Assembly (NCBI GenBank): GCA_037444945.1
Contig: JBBILJ010000001.1
Location: forward strand, 28,684-52,683
Length of the DNA: 24,000 nt
Direction of reading: 5' to 3'
DNA from: Candidatus Micrarchaeota archaeon
GTDB taxonomy: Archaea > Micrarchaeota > Micrarchaeia > Norongarragalinales > JBBILJ01
Shown here: in pieces, positions 14,617 through 21,811 of the stretch
How positions within the stretch are numbered: the first letter of the stretch is position 1
Layout of the letters: every line of letters starts with the position of its first letter
Translations under genes and position numbers: made by a program
Notes under the pieces: model-generated
The model's database searches: none
What the model was told of the DNA's origin: nothing
What the model saw: the letters and a program-made list of their open reading frames with translations, nothing else

Positions 14617-14934
14617 ATGAATAACCGTTTATTTCTCCTCGCTCTCCTCTCTCTAAGTGTGTTGCTGCTGGCGGGTTGCGTTCAGTCGTCGGGTTCGCAA
14701 TCTGGAAAGCGGTCGGGCGTGATTTTGACGCCGCCGCCGGATGTGACGCTGCTCGCGACGCCGTCCCCGACGCGTCCGCCGATCGCGACGATAACGACAA
14801 TGCCCTCCGCAACGCTTTCAGTCACGGACACAAGTCAGCCGCCGCCGCTTCCAACGGATGAGACAGCGGTGTCGCCTTCTCCCATAACTTCGCCGTCCGC
14901 CTCTCCGGCCGAAGTGCCGCCGCTTCCTGCCTAG
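14617..14934 (+). CDS. secreted Pro/Thr/Ser-rich low-complexity protein with lipobox-like signal peptide
   Basis: Starts 6 nt after the previous stop. Signal MNNRLFLLALLSLSVLLLAGC. The rest is P/T/S-rich (TPPPDVTLLATPSPTRPPIATITT...). Confidence 0.5.
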   Translation: MNNRLFLLALLSLSVLLLAGCVQSSGSQSGKRSGVILTPPPDVTLLATPSPTRPPIATITTMPSATLSVTDTSQPPPLPTDETAVSPSPITSPSASPAEVPPLPA

Positions 14935-14944
14935 CTTGCGCTAA

Positions 14945-14963
14945 TTCTTTTTGAGAAAAAGAA
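14945..14963. terminator. bidirectional terminator palindrome TTCTTTTT-GAG-AAAAAGAA
   Basis: Perfect 8-bp inverted repeat with a 3-nt loop that gives a T5 run on both strands. It lies between convergent gene ends 14934 (+) and 14983 (-). Confidence 0.55.
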
Positions 14964-14982
14964 GCGGGGAGAGTGGTGGGCG

Positions 14983-15255
14983 TTATTGTCCTTGTTCGGC
15001 GGCTTGGGCTTCTTGTTGGCTTTGTTCCGCGTTTTGGCCGACGGGGATTTCGACGAAGCGGACTTGGTCGTTGTCGGCGGTGTAAATGATGCGAATCACG
15101 CCGCTAATCATTTGGTTGTCGTTGAGGCCGTCCACCACGGTGAGCGTGGAGTCGTCCTTGACGCCGACGGCGCCTTCGAATACGGCGTCGACGGGGTTAA
15201 AGCCCGCTTTTTTGAGCGAATCGATGACTTTGAGCACTTCGTCTTTGATTTTCAC
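14983..15255 (-). CDS. small hypothetical protein (~90 aa; GTG start 15255 or 15264)
   Basis: ORF 14983..15612 has no internal ATG, and its 5' part overlaps the PRC-barrel gene and promoter region. GGTGG precedes GTG 15255. Sequence is (M)KIKDEVLKVIDSLKKAGFNPVD... with a Gln/Glu/Ala-rich C-terminus. No family recognised. Confidence 0.35.
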   Translation of the reverse strand: MKIKDEVLKVIDSLKKAGFNPVDAVFEGAVGVKDDSTLTVVDGLNDNQMISGVIRIIYTADNDQVRFVEIPVGQNAEQSQQEAQAAEQGQ

Positions 15256-15433
15256 GGCAACCACCTGAGGGCAGAGAGAGGGGCGAACACCACGCGTTTG
15301 CTTTGGCGGATTAGCCGAAGCGAGTTTAAGAGGTTTTGGGGAAGCGGAGGGGAAGGCTTTTAAATTTGGGGCGGAAAAGGAAGGTTGCTTTTCAGCCGGT
15401 TTTATTGCAATTCTAGTGGAGGAATCGATTCCT

Positions 15434-15697
15434 ATGGTCAAGTACGCTGTGGCCAAGCAGTTGGCGGGCAAACGCATCATCACGACGGACGGCGAGGAAA
15501 TCGGCCGCGTCGTCGACTTGTTCATCAACGAGTTGACGGGCAAAATCGAGACGGTCCTTCTCGAACCCAACCCGGACTCTTCGATTGCGGCGCGCTCCAA
15601 AAAAGAAGGCAACGGCCTCGTGACGGTACCCTATGCGTCCGTGCTCGACGTCAAGGACGTCATGGTCGTGGACCGCCGCGGTCTCAATCCGCTCTAA
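15434..15697 (+). CDS. PRC-barrel domain protein
   Basis: ORF 15416 trimmed to ATG 15434. LAGKRIITTDGEEIGRVVDLFINELTGKIETVLLEP is the typical PRC-barrel core of small archaeal proteins. Confidence 0.7.
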   Translation: MVKYAVAKQLAGKRIITTDGEEIGRVVDLFINELTGKIETVLLEPNPDSSIAARSKKEGNGLVTVPYASVLDVKDVMVVDRRGLNPL

Positions 15698-15721
15698 TTA
15701 CTCGCGCGTTTCCTTGTGCTC

Positions 15722-15745
15722 GTGCGCCCCTTGGCGCACCTTTTT
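15722..15745 (+). terminator. hairpin + T5 terminator after PRC-barrel gene
   Basis: GTGCGCC-CCTT-GGCGCAC (7-bp perfect stem, 15722-15739) followed by C and TTTTT (15741-15745). Confidence 0.55.
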
Positions 15746-15781
15746 CAAACCCGTTAGCGTCAAGCCTGCGACCCACTCCGC

Positions 15782-16336
15782 ATGCTCACGATGCTTACCC
15801 AACTCGTTTTCCTCGTCGCCGCACTCCTCGCCATCCTCGCGTACTACGCGCCCTCCCTACGCCGCGAGGCGCCCGCCGAGCGACACGCAGCGTGGATTTC
15901 GCTCGCCATGCGCGCCACGTATGCCGCCGCCCTCGCTCTGCTAGTGAGTGGGTTCCTTCTCGCCGGCCGCGTGACGCTGCTTAACGCGTTCGGCGTGCCG
16001 CTGCTTGTGCTCGGCATTCTGCTTCACACGCGTGCCGTTAATGAACTCGGTAAGCACTGGAGCCCTCATGTCGCGATTCAGCCGCGGCACGTTCTCGTCA
16101 CGACCGGGCTTTACGGCGTCGTTCGTCACCCGATTTATCTCGCTGCCTTCCTCTTTTACGCCGGTCTCGCCGTTTGGATGGCGTCCCCATTGAGTGTGTT
16201 CGCGCTCGCCCTCGTGGCGGCGTACTTGCTCGTCCGCATCCGCGTCGAAGAGCGAGCGCTGAAGCAAAAATTCGGCAAAACCTACGACGCGTACGCGGTG
16301 CGCGTGCCCGCCCTCGTCCCCTGTTTTTGGGTTTAA
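15782..16336 (+). CDS. isoprenylcysteine carboxyl methyltransferase (ICMT/PEMT) family membrane methyltransferase
   Basis: Polytopic membrane protein. Family signature present: LVTTGLYGVVRHPIYLAAFLFYAGLAVW...RIRVEERALKQKFGKTYDAYAVRVP. Confidence 0.75.
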   Translation: MLTMLTQLVFLVAALLAILAYYAPSLRREAPAERHAAWISLAMRATYAAALALLVSGFLLAGRVTLLNAFGVPLLVLGILLHTRAVNELGKHWSPHVAIQPRHVLVTTGLYGVVRHPIYLAAFLFYAGLAVWMASPLSVFALALVAAYLLVRIRVEERALKQKFGKTYDAYAVRVPALVPCFWV

Positions 16337-16350
16337 CTCGTTACGGAGTT

Positions 16351-17448
16351 TCAGGCACCAAATTCGAGTTCGAAACCCTCGGTTTTCACGCGAGCCTTCG
16401 CAACGCCCTTGACTTGTTGAGCGGTGGCCTCAATTTCGCTCGCACCCGCCTTCTTTTTCTTGAGCGCGTTCGCGGCTTCGACGACGCGAGCGAGCGTCTC
16501 GTAGTTTGCGTACACTCCTTGCGCCACGGCGCGCGCTTCGCCCTCTTCTTTCGCGTCGCGTGCAACCGCCTGTTCTTGCTGTTCAAGCATCTTCTCCAAA
16601 CGAATCAGTGCTTCGGGTTTTTGAGGTGAATCGCTTTTCAGTGCGCTCGCCATCCCGTGCTGGTACAATTCGTCAATCGCTTCACTCAAACTCGCAACGC
16701 GTTTAGCCATCCATCCAGCCGGCGCGCTCAGCAGCGGGAAGGGCGCGAACGAGACGGGGTGGTCGCCCTCCACATAGAGAATCGGGGTCGCGTCCGCCAG
16801 CAAGGTTTGAAACGCGGAACACAGTCGGGTTAACTCGCTTCGGGAGAGTTCATCGATTTTCGAGTCGGGACGTAAATCCGCGCGAGCGAGCGCCTCACGC
16901 GCGTATCGGGGAGGCAAATTGCTCGCACCAAAAATTGCTTTTGCCGCATCGCCCGTCAAACCATCGAAGTCCGCAGGCGCCAACGTACGAAAGTCCTTAT
17001 GAGCGGCCACCGGCGGTGCGCCAATCCTGCGGTTTTTTTCGAGATCGCGGTTGAGGCGAGTGATTACCGCGCCTTTTTCGTCAAGAAGGACGAGGTTACC
17101 TTTGCCGTAGAGTTCCACGACAAGGCGATAGCGCTCCTTTTTGCGGAAAATAAGGGCGACGACGCGGTCGAAATTCACGTGTTCGGCGCCCTCGAAAACC
17201 GCATTGTCAAGACGCTTGCGCAACGCTTCCACGAAGGCAGGAGGCCGCGCGGGGGCCTCAAACGCGTAGCGCGTTTCGTGTACGCGCTCGCCGGGCACAG
17301 CGAGCACACGTGCCTCCTCCGTCGGGGTCTTGAGGCGCAGCACGAGGTGGCCGTCAGCCCAGCCCGTAATTTTGGCGACGCGAGCGTCGCGCAGGCGCTG
17401 CAGTTCCGCCGCGAGATAGTGATAGTCAACGTTGCTGAGGCGCTCCAT
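16351..17448 (-). CDS. NFACT-family (FbpA/RqcH/NEMF-like) protein, short form ending in the coiled-coil region
   Basis: ORF trimmed to ATG 17448 (MERLSNVDYHYLAAELQRLRDARVAKI). NFACT-N pattern present, including the DR motif (NFDRVVALIF) and ELYGKGNLVLLD. The C-terminal third is a charged coiled coil. No NFACT-R/DUF814-like region before the stop. Confidence 0.65.
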   Translation of the reverse strand: MERLSNVDYHYLAAELQRLRDARVAKITGWADGHLVLRLKTPTEEARVLAVPGERVHETRYAFEAPARPPAFVEALRKRLDNAVFEGAEHVNFDRVVALIFRKKERYRLVVELYGKGNLVLLDEKGAVITRLNRDLEKNRRIGAPPVAAHKDFRTLAPADFDGLTGDAAKAIFGASNLPPRYAREALARADLRPDSKIDELSRSELTRLCSAFQTLLADATPILYVEGDHPVSFAPFPLLSAPAGWMAKRVASLSEAIDELYQHGMASALKSDSPQKPEALIRLEKMLEQQEQAVARDAKEEGEARAVAQGVYANYETLARVVEAANALKKKKAGASEIEATAQQVKGVAKARVKTEGFELEFGA

Positions 17449-17512
17449 AGCTTTCCCGCTTGAATTGGAGCGGCGGGGTTTTTCAAACGCGCGGCCGACC
17501 GCGCGCGGAAGC

Positions 17513-17520
17513 ATTTAAAT
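17513..17520. promoter_or_regulatory. palindromic TATA box ATTTAAAT upstream of the PadR/ABC operon
   Basis: Its end is 38 nt upstream of ATG 17559. It is the only strong A/T box in the 17449-17558 divergent spacer. Confidence 0.5.
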
Positions 17521-17533
17521 ATCGGTTCCGATA
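17520..17533. promoter_or_regulatory. operator-like palindrome 1: TATCGGTTCCGATA
   Basis: Perfect inverted repeat TATCGG/CCGATA with a 2-nt centre. It abuts and overlaps the last base of the TATA box. Confidence 0.5.
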
Positions 17534-17540
17534 ATACTCA

Positions 17541-17554
17541 TATCGATTCCGATA
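17541..17554. promoter_or_regulatory. operator-like palindrome 2: TATCGATTCCGATA
   Basis: Second copy differing by one base, centre-to-centre 21 bp from palindrome 1. It covers the expected transcription start and ends 4 nt before ATG 17559. Confidence 0.5.
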
Positions 17555-17558
17555 CATC

Positions 17559-18128
17559 ATGCGCCCCCGCCCCCTTTCCTCCACGCGCCCCCCCGCAAAC
17601 CCCACCGGCTTCGCCGGCTCGGTGCACGTGAAAGGCATGCTCGACGTTTTCGTGCTCAGCCTGGCTTCACGCGGCCCCATCTCCGGTCACAACATCGCGT
17701 TGACGCTCTCCCAACTGACGAACGGCGCGTGGACACCCTCACCAGGAACGATTTATCCCCTTCTTCACACCCTCAAGAAAAAAGGATTTTTAGTCGAAGC
17801 ACGCGGCGCGGGGCGTGAGACGAAGAACGCACGCGAAGTCCGCTACGCGATTCGCCCCCTCGGGCGCCGATGGCTCTCCTCTCAGCAAGCCATGATGCGC
17901 GAGCGGGCAGCCTGCCTTCGGCGCCTCATGCTCCCCCTCGTCGGCGTCGCTGCATACCAGTTGGCGCCGGACGAAGCAACCGAGTTGGCGGGGCAAATGG
18001 AGGCGGGCACAATGCTCATGTTATCCATCCTCACGCTTCCGCAGCCCGCGCGTACAAACGCTTTTCTGCGCCTCCGCCGTTCGATTACATCCCTAGAACG
18101 CGAGTTTGGTTCTCATGCCGACCGCTAA
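17559..18128 (+). CDS. PadR-family winged-helix transcriptional regulator
   Basis: GMLDVFVLSLASRGPISGHNIALTLSQLTNGAWTPSPGTIYPLLHTLKKKGFLVEA...REVRYAIRPLGRRWL is the PadR wHTH signature. Alternative start at ATG 17637. Confidence 0.75.
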   Translation: MRPRPLSSTRPPANPTGFAGSVHVKGMLDVFVLSLASRGPISGHNIALTLSQLTNGAWTPSPGTIYPLLHTLKKKGFLVEARGAGRETKNAREVRYAIRPLGRRWLSSQQAMMRERAACLRRLMLPLVGVAAYQLAPDEATELAGQMEAGTMLMLSILTLPQPARTNAFLRLRRSITSLEREFGSHADR

Positions 18129-18843
18129 AAAACCAGTCAAGTCCAGCAAGCCCGCCGTCGTCTTCAGCGTGCAGAACGTGAGCAAGCGCTACCGCCTCGG
18201 TGACGCGGACGTGTGGGCCTTGCGCGACTTCAACCTCGACATTCGCCGCGGCGAATCCGTCGTCATTTTGGGGCCAAGCGGAAGCGGCAAAAGCACGCTA
18301 CTCCACCTCCTCGGCGCCCTCGACCACCCCACCTCGGGCCGAATGCTGCTCGACGGCATCGACGTGACGCGCCTCTCCGACGTGGAGCTCGCGCGCGTGC
18401 GGGGACTCAAAATCGGCTTCGTGTTTCAGTTCTTCTTCCTCGTCCCCACCCTCACCACGGTGCAGAACGTCGAGCTCCCCATGGTGTTCGCGGGCGTGCC
18501 GGCGGCCGAGCGCCGCGAGCGCGCTGAAGCTCTACTGCGTAACATGGGTCTCGGCGACCGCCTCAATCATAAGCCGAACGAGCTCTCGGGTGGGCAGCGC
18601 CAGCGCGTCGCGGTCGCGCGTGCCTTGGCGAACAACCCGTCCGTTATTTTGGCGGACGAGCCGACGGGAAACTTGGATTCAAAGACCGGCAAGGAAATCA
18701 TGCAGTTATTCACCGACCTTAACCGCAAGGAAGGTCGAACCATCGTGACCGTCACGCACGACGCGTCGCTTGTTTCGCACGCGACGCGCTCGATTCACTT
18801 GCGCGACGGGAAAATTGAAAAACAAGAGGAGATCCGCAAATGA
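18115..18843 (+). CDS. ABC transporter ATP-binding protein (MacB/LolD-type)
   Basis: Walker A GPSGSGKST, Q-loop, signature LSGGQRQR, Walker B ILADEPTGNLD and H-loop VTHD. Overlaps the padR end by 14 nt. Confidence 0.9.
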   Translation: MPTAKKPVKSSKPAVVFSVQNVSKRYRLGDADVWALRDFNLDIRRGESVVILGPSGSGKSTLLHLLGALDHPTSGRMLLDGIDVTRLSDVELARVRGLKIGFVFQFFFLVPTLTTVQNVELPMVFAGVPAAERRERAEALLRNMGLGDRLNHKPNELSGGQRQRVAVARALANNPSVILADEPTGNLDSKTGKEIMQLFTDLNRKEGRTIVTVTHDASLVSHATRSIHLRDGKIEKQEEIRK

Positions 18844-20411
18844 ACCGCCGGCCCGCCTTCGCCCTGTTCGCGCTCGCCTTCATGGCGCTCGCCTTCCTGC
18901 CCAGCTTCGCCGCCGCGCTGGGACCCTCCATCGCAATCACGAACTACTCGGTCGTCCCCTCGACGATTAAGCCAGGGAGTTCGGGTAAAATCCTCCTCAC
19001 GCTCGCCAACATGGGGGATCAAACGGCGAACTCAATCACGATTTCGCACGATCTCATTGGCGTGAATTCTCAGGGAACCGTTTTCGCGGGCGACATCGGA
19101 CCCAGCGGCAGTACGCTGGTCTCCATTCCCTTCAGCGTGCCTAGTACCTTCAAGCCCCAAGTTTTCTCGCTCTCCATGACGGTGTACTACAACAACAAGG
19201 CGACGCCGCTAAGCGTTCTACTCTCAATCACCAAGCCCCCCATCCTGCAAGCGGAAACGCTTTCCGTCAGCCAGGGCGTGGTGTCGCCAGGCGATTCATT
19301 CTCGATTCGGGTACGCTTTAGCAACGCGGGCGGCGCCGCGAACAACCTCGTAATCTCGTACCCCTCCGATAGCGCCTTCTCACCAACGGGTACCTCGCAA
19401 ATTAGCATCGGGTCGCTCGCGGAAGGTGAGATGAAGGAAGTGGAGATTCCGTTCCGTGCCGGCACCGCCATTGCGTCCGGTGTTTACACGGTTCCCGTCA
19501 CGCTCGCGTACGACGACTCGAACGGGTTCTCGAGCTCGTCGAACATCACGCTCGGCCCCATTGCGGCCTCCGCAACCACGGATGACTTGGCGATTTCGCT
19601 CGTCACGCCCCAAGGTGCGCTGGGTTTGGGTGACTCGGCGGACTTACGCGTCAACATCCACAACCTACAAAACGTGGACCTAACGAGCCTCACAGTTAGC
19701 CTCGTCCCGGACGCCAACGCGTCACAGTACTTCACGCTCCTCTCAGAGAACGACCAGCGCATCCTCACCATTCCGGCGGGACAAACGGCGTCTGTGAACT
19801 TTAAGGTCGGCGTTTCGCCATCCGCGCTCGTCACATTCTACCCCTTGAGTATCCGCGTGACCTACCAGTCCCCGCGCCGCGGTAGCGCCACTATCACCAA
19901 GCAAATCGGCGTGCAGGTGAGCGGCAACCCCGCCCTCTCCACTATCGTAACGAGCAACCCCGCGCCGTTGACGACGAGCGGTGACGTCTACACGCTCTCC
20001 ATACAAGTGAGCAACACCGGCAACACACCCGTCCGCGCCTTGAGCATGCACGCTTCCTCGCCAGTCCTCAATTTCGTGGGCGGCAATGAAGGCTACATTG
20101 GCACCCTCAACATTGACGACTACTCCACGCCCCAGTTCACAGTCCTCGTCAAAAAGGGGACCGCGCCCGGCTCGCATCCGTTGTCTGTGCAACTCACGTA
20201 CAAGGACACATACAACCAAGTCCACGTGGAAACGCAGAACGTGACGGTGGACGTCGTGTCCCCCGAGGTAGCGGCGCTCGCCTCCCAGAAGAACGGCAAC
20301 AGCAGCCCCCTGCCCCTCATCATTGGCGGCATCATCGTTCTTGCGGTGGCGTACCTCGCCTATCGACGCTTTCGGCACAAAGAAAAACGCGCCGCCAAGG
20401 CGAGCGAGTAA
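18840..20411 (+). CDS. secreted, C-terminally membrane-anchored protein with four CARDB/COG1361-like Ig-fold repeats
   Basis: ATGA overlap with the ATPase gene. Sec-type signal MNRRPAFALFALAFMALAFLPSFAAA. Four ~100-110-aa repeats of the pattern ...V.PG....+.+.+.N.G...A.......... C-terminal TM helix LPLIIGGIIVLAVAYLAY plus a basic tail RRFRHKEKRAAK. Confidence 0.7.
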   Translation: MNRRPAFALFALAFMALAFLPSFAAALGPSIAITNYSVVPSTIKPGSSGKILLTLANMGDQTANSITISHDLIGVNSQGTVFAGDIGPSGSTLVSIPFSVPSTFKPQVFSLSMTVYYNNKATPLSVLLSITKPPILQAETLSVSQGVVSPGDSFSIRVRFSNAGGAANNLVISYPSDSAFSPTGTSQISIGSLAEGEMKEVEIPFRAGTAIASGVYTVPVTLAYDDSNGFSSSSNITLGPIAASATTDDLAISLVTPQGALGLGDSADLRVNIHNLQNVDLTSLTVSLVPDANASQYFTLLSENDQRILTIPAGQTASVNFKVGVSPSALVTFYPLSIRVTYQSPRRGSATITKQIGVQVSGNPALSTIVTSNPAPLTTSGDVYTLSIQVSNTGNTPVRALSMHASSPVLNFVGGNEGYIGTLNIDDYSTPQFTVLVKKGTAPGSHPLSVQLTYKDTYNQVHVETQNVTVDVVSPEVAALASQKNGNSSPLPLIIGGIIVLAVAYLAYRRFRHKEKRAAKASE

Positions 20412-20501
20412 GCCGCCTCGTCCCTTCGAACGCCCCCGTACTCGCTTCGTCTCTCCTGCACGCAGTCTCCCCCATGTCGTGTGATACTCCAAGGCTTTGA
20501 C

Positions 20502-21707
20502 ATGAACTTCGCCGACCTGCTCTCTTACGTCATCACGAGCCTGCGTTACCGCAAGCTGCGCGCCTACCTCACGATTTTAGGTATCGTGATTGGGATTGCG
20601 AGCATCGTAATCCTTATCTCGCTTGCACAAGGTCTCGACGCCAGCATCCGCAGCCAACTCAGCGTGCTCGGCACCAATTATGTGTTCGTCATTCCAGGCA
20701 GCGTTGGAGCGAGCTCATTTCGCCTCGGCCCCCCCGTCCTGCGCGGTCAACTCACCACTCGCGATGTCGACGCCATCCGCGAAGTGCAGGGCGTCGTGGC
20801 GGTGAGCGGTAACATCGCGTACCCGCTCGCCGAAATCGAGTTTAAAGGCGAAAAAACGGGAGTTAGCTTAGCGGGCGTCGAGCCAAGCGCGTTCTCAAAA
20901 TTCATTACGACGGGGTACGATGCAGGGCGCTTCATCTCTGATGGGGACACGAGCGGCGCCGTCATCGGGTGGGAAGTCGCGAACACGTACTTTAAGAAAA
21001 ACGTCACGCTCGGCTCCACCATCCGCGTCAACGGCCACGATTTCCGCGTTAAGGGCATCTTGAGCAAAGTCGGCAACACGGGCCCGCAGGACACTGCCGT
21101 CTACGTGGACCAAAAAGTGGTGCGCGCCATGCTCGGCTCCAGCTACGCCCGCGACCGCGTGACCACCATCATCGTCGTCACGAACAAAGACATTCCCATT
21201 TCCCGCGTCTCGGACGAAATCGACCGCCGCCTTCAAGCACTGCATAAAGTGACGCCTGACAACAAGGATTACACGCTTTTCACGGCCGACAGCATCGCGG
21301 CTCAAATCAGTCAAGTCACCGGCATTCTCTCCGTTTTCCTTGCCGGCGTGGCCGCCATCTCGCTGCTCGTCGGCGGCATCGGTATCGCGAACGCCATGTT
21401 CACCTCCGTCTTCGAGCGGACGCGCGAAATCGGCATCCTCAAAAGCATCGGCGCCAACGACGCCCACATCCTGCAACTCTTCCTCCTCGAAAGCGGCCTC
21501 ATCGGCCTCATCGGCGGCATTGTGGGCGTCATGCTGGGCTTCGCGACGGGTCTGCTCCTCAGCGTCTTCGGCGTCCCCACCATCATTACGCCCGAACTCG
21601 TGATTTTCAGTATCGCCTTCTCCTTTGCGGTTGGTATGGTGAGTGGCTATTTTCCCGCCAAAAACGCGGCCGCTCTCCAGCCTATTGAAGCACTCCGCTA
21701 CGAGTGA
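20502..21707 (+). CDS. MacB-type ABC permease 1 (MacB periplasmic-core domain + FtsX domain)
   Basis: ORF 20481 trimmed to ATG 20502. LRYRKLRAYLTILGIVIGIASIVILISLAQG (TM1), a large extracytoplasmic domain, then the FtsX region with ERTREIGILKSIGA and the C-terminal FPAKNAAALQPIEALRYE. Confidence 0.85.
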   Translation: MNFADLLSYVITSLRYRKLRAYLTILGIVIGIASIVILISLAQGLDASIRSQLSVLGTNYVFVIPGSVGASSFRLGPPVLRGQLTTRDVDAIREVQGVVAVSGNIAYPLAEIEFKGEKTGVSLAGVEPSAFSKFITTGYDAGRFISDGDTSGAVIGWEVANTYFKKNVTLGSTIRVNGHDFRVKGILSKVGNTGPQDTAVYVDQKVVRAMLGSSYARDRVTTIIVVTNKDIPISRVSDEIDRRLQALHKVTPDNKDYTLFTADSIAAQISQVTGILSVFLAGVAAISLLVGGIGIANAMFTSVFERTREIGILKSIGANDAHILQLFLLESGLIGLIGGIVGVMLGFATGLLLSVFGVPTIITPELVIFSIAFSFAVGMVSGYFPAKNAAALQPIEALRYE

Positions 21708-21778
21708 GCCGCGTAACGATTGCGTTTAGGTCGACCAGCGACATTGCGAAACTACTTCTGGGTGCGAATGGGGCAGGG

Positions 21779-21787
21779 CATAAAAAG
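21779..21787 (+). promoter_or_regulatory. TATA-like box (CATAAAAAG) upstream of permease 2
   Basis: Ends 25 nt upstream of GTG 21812, which aligns with the start of permease 1 (M-KLSEHIDYAFNSLRYR vs MNFADLLSYVITSLRYR). Suggests an internal promoter with a leaderless start. Confidence 0.35.
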
Positions 21788-21811
21788 CCGAAAACCCGTA
21801 AGTGGTTCACC

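Noticed and set aside
14617-14934. Pro/Thr/Ser-rich region as a nucleotide tandem repeat or contingency locus.
   Set aside because: The low complexity is at the amino-acid composition level only. I could not find a repeating nucleotide unit.
15256-15612. N-terminal 119 aa of ORF 14983..15612 (-).
   Set aside because: It overlaps the PRC-barrel gene and its promoter region and has low-complexity S/P-rich composition. Only the 3' ~90 codons look protein-like, and even that call is weak.
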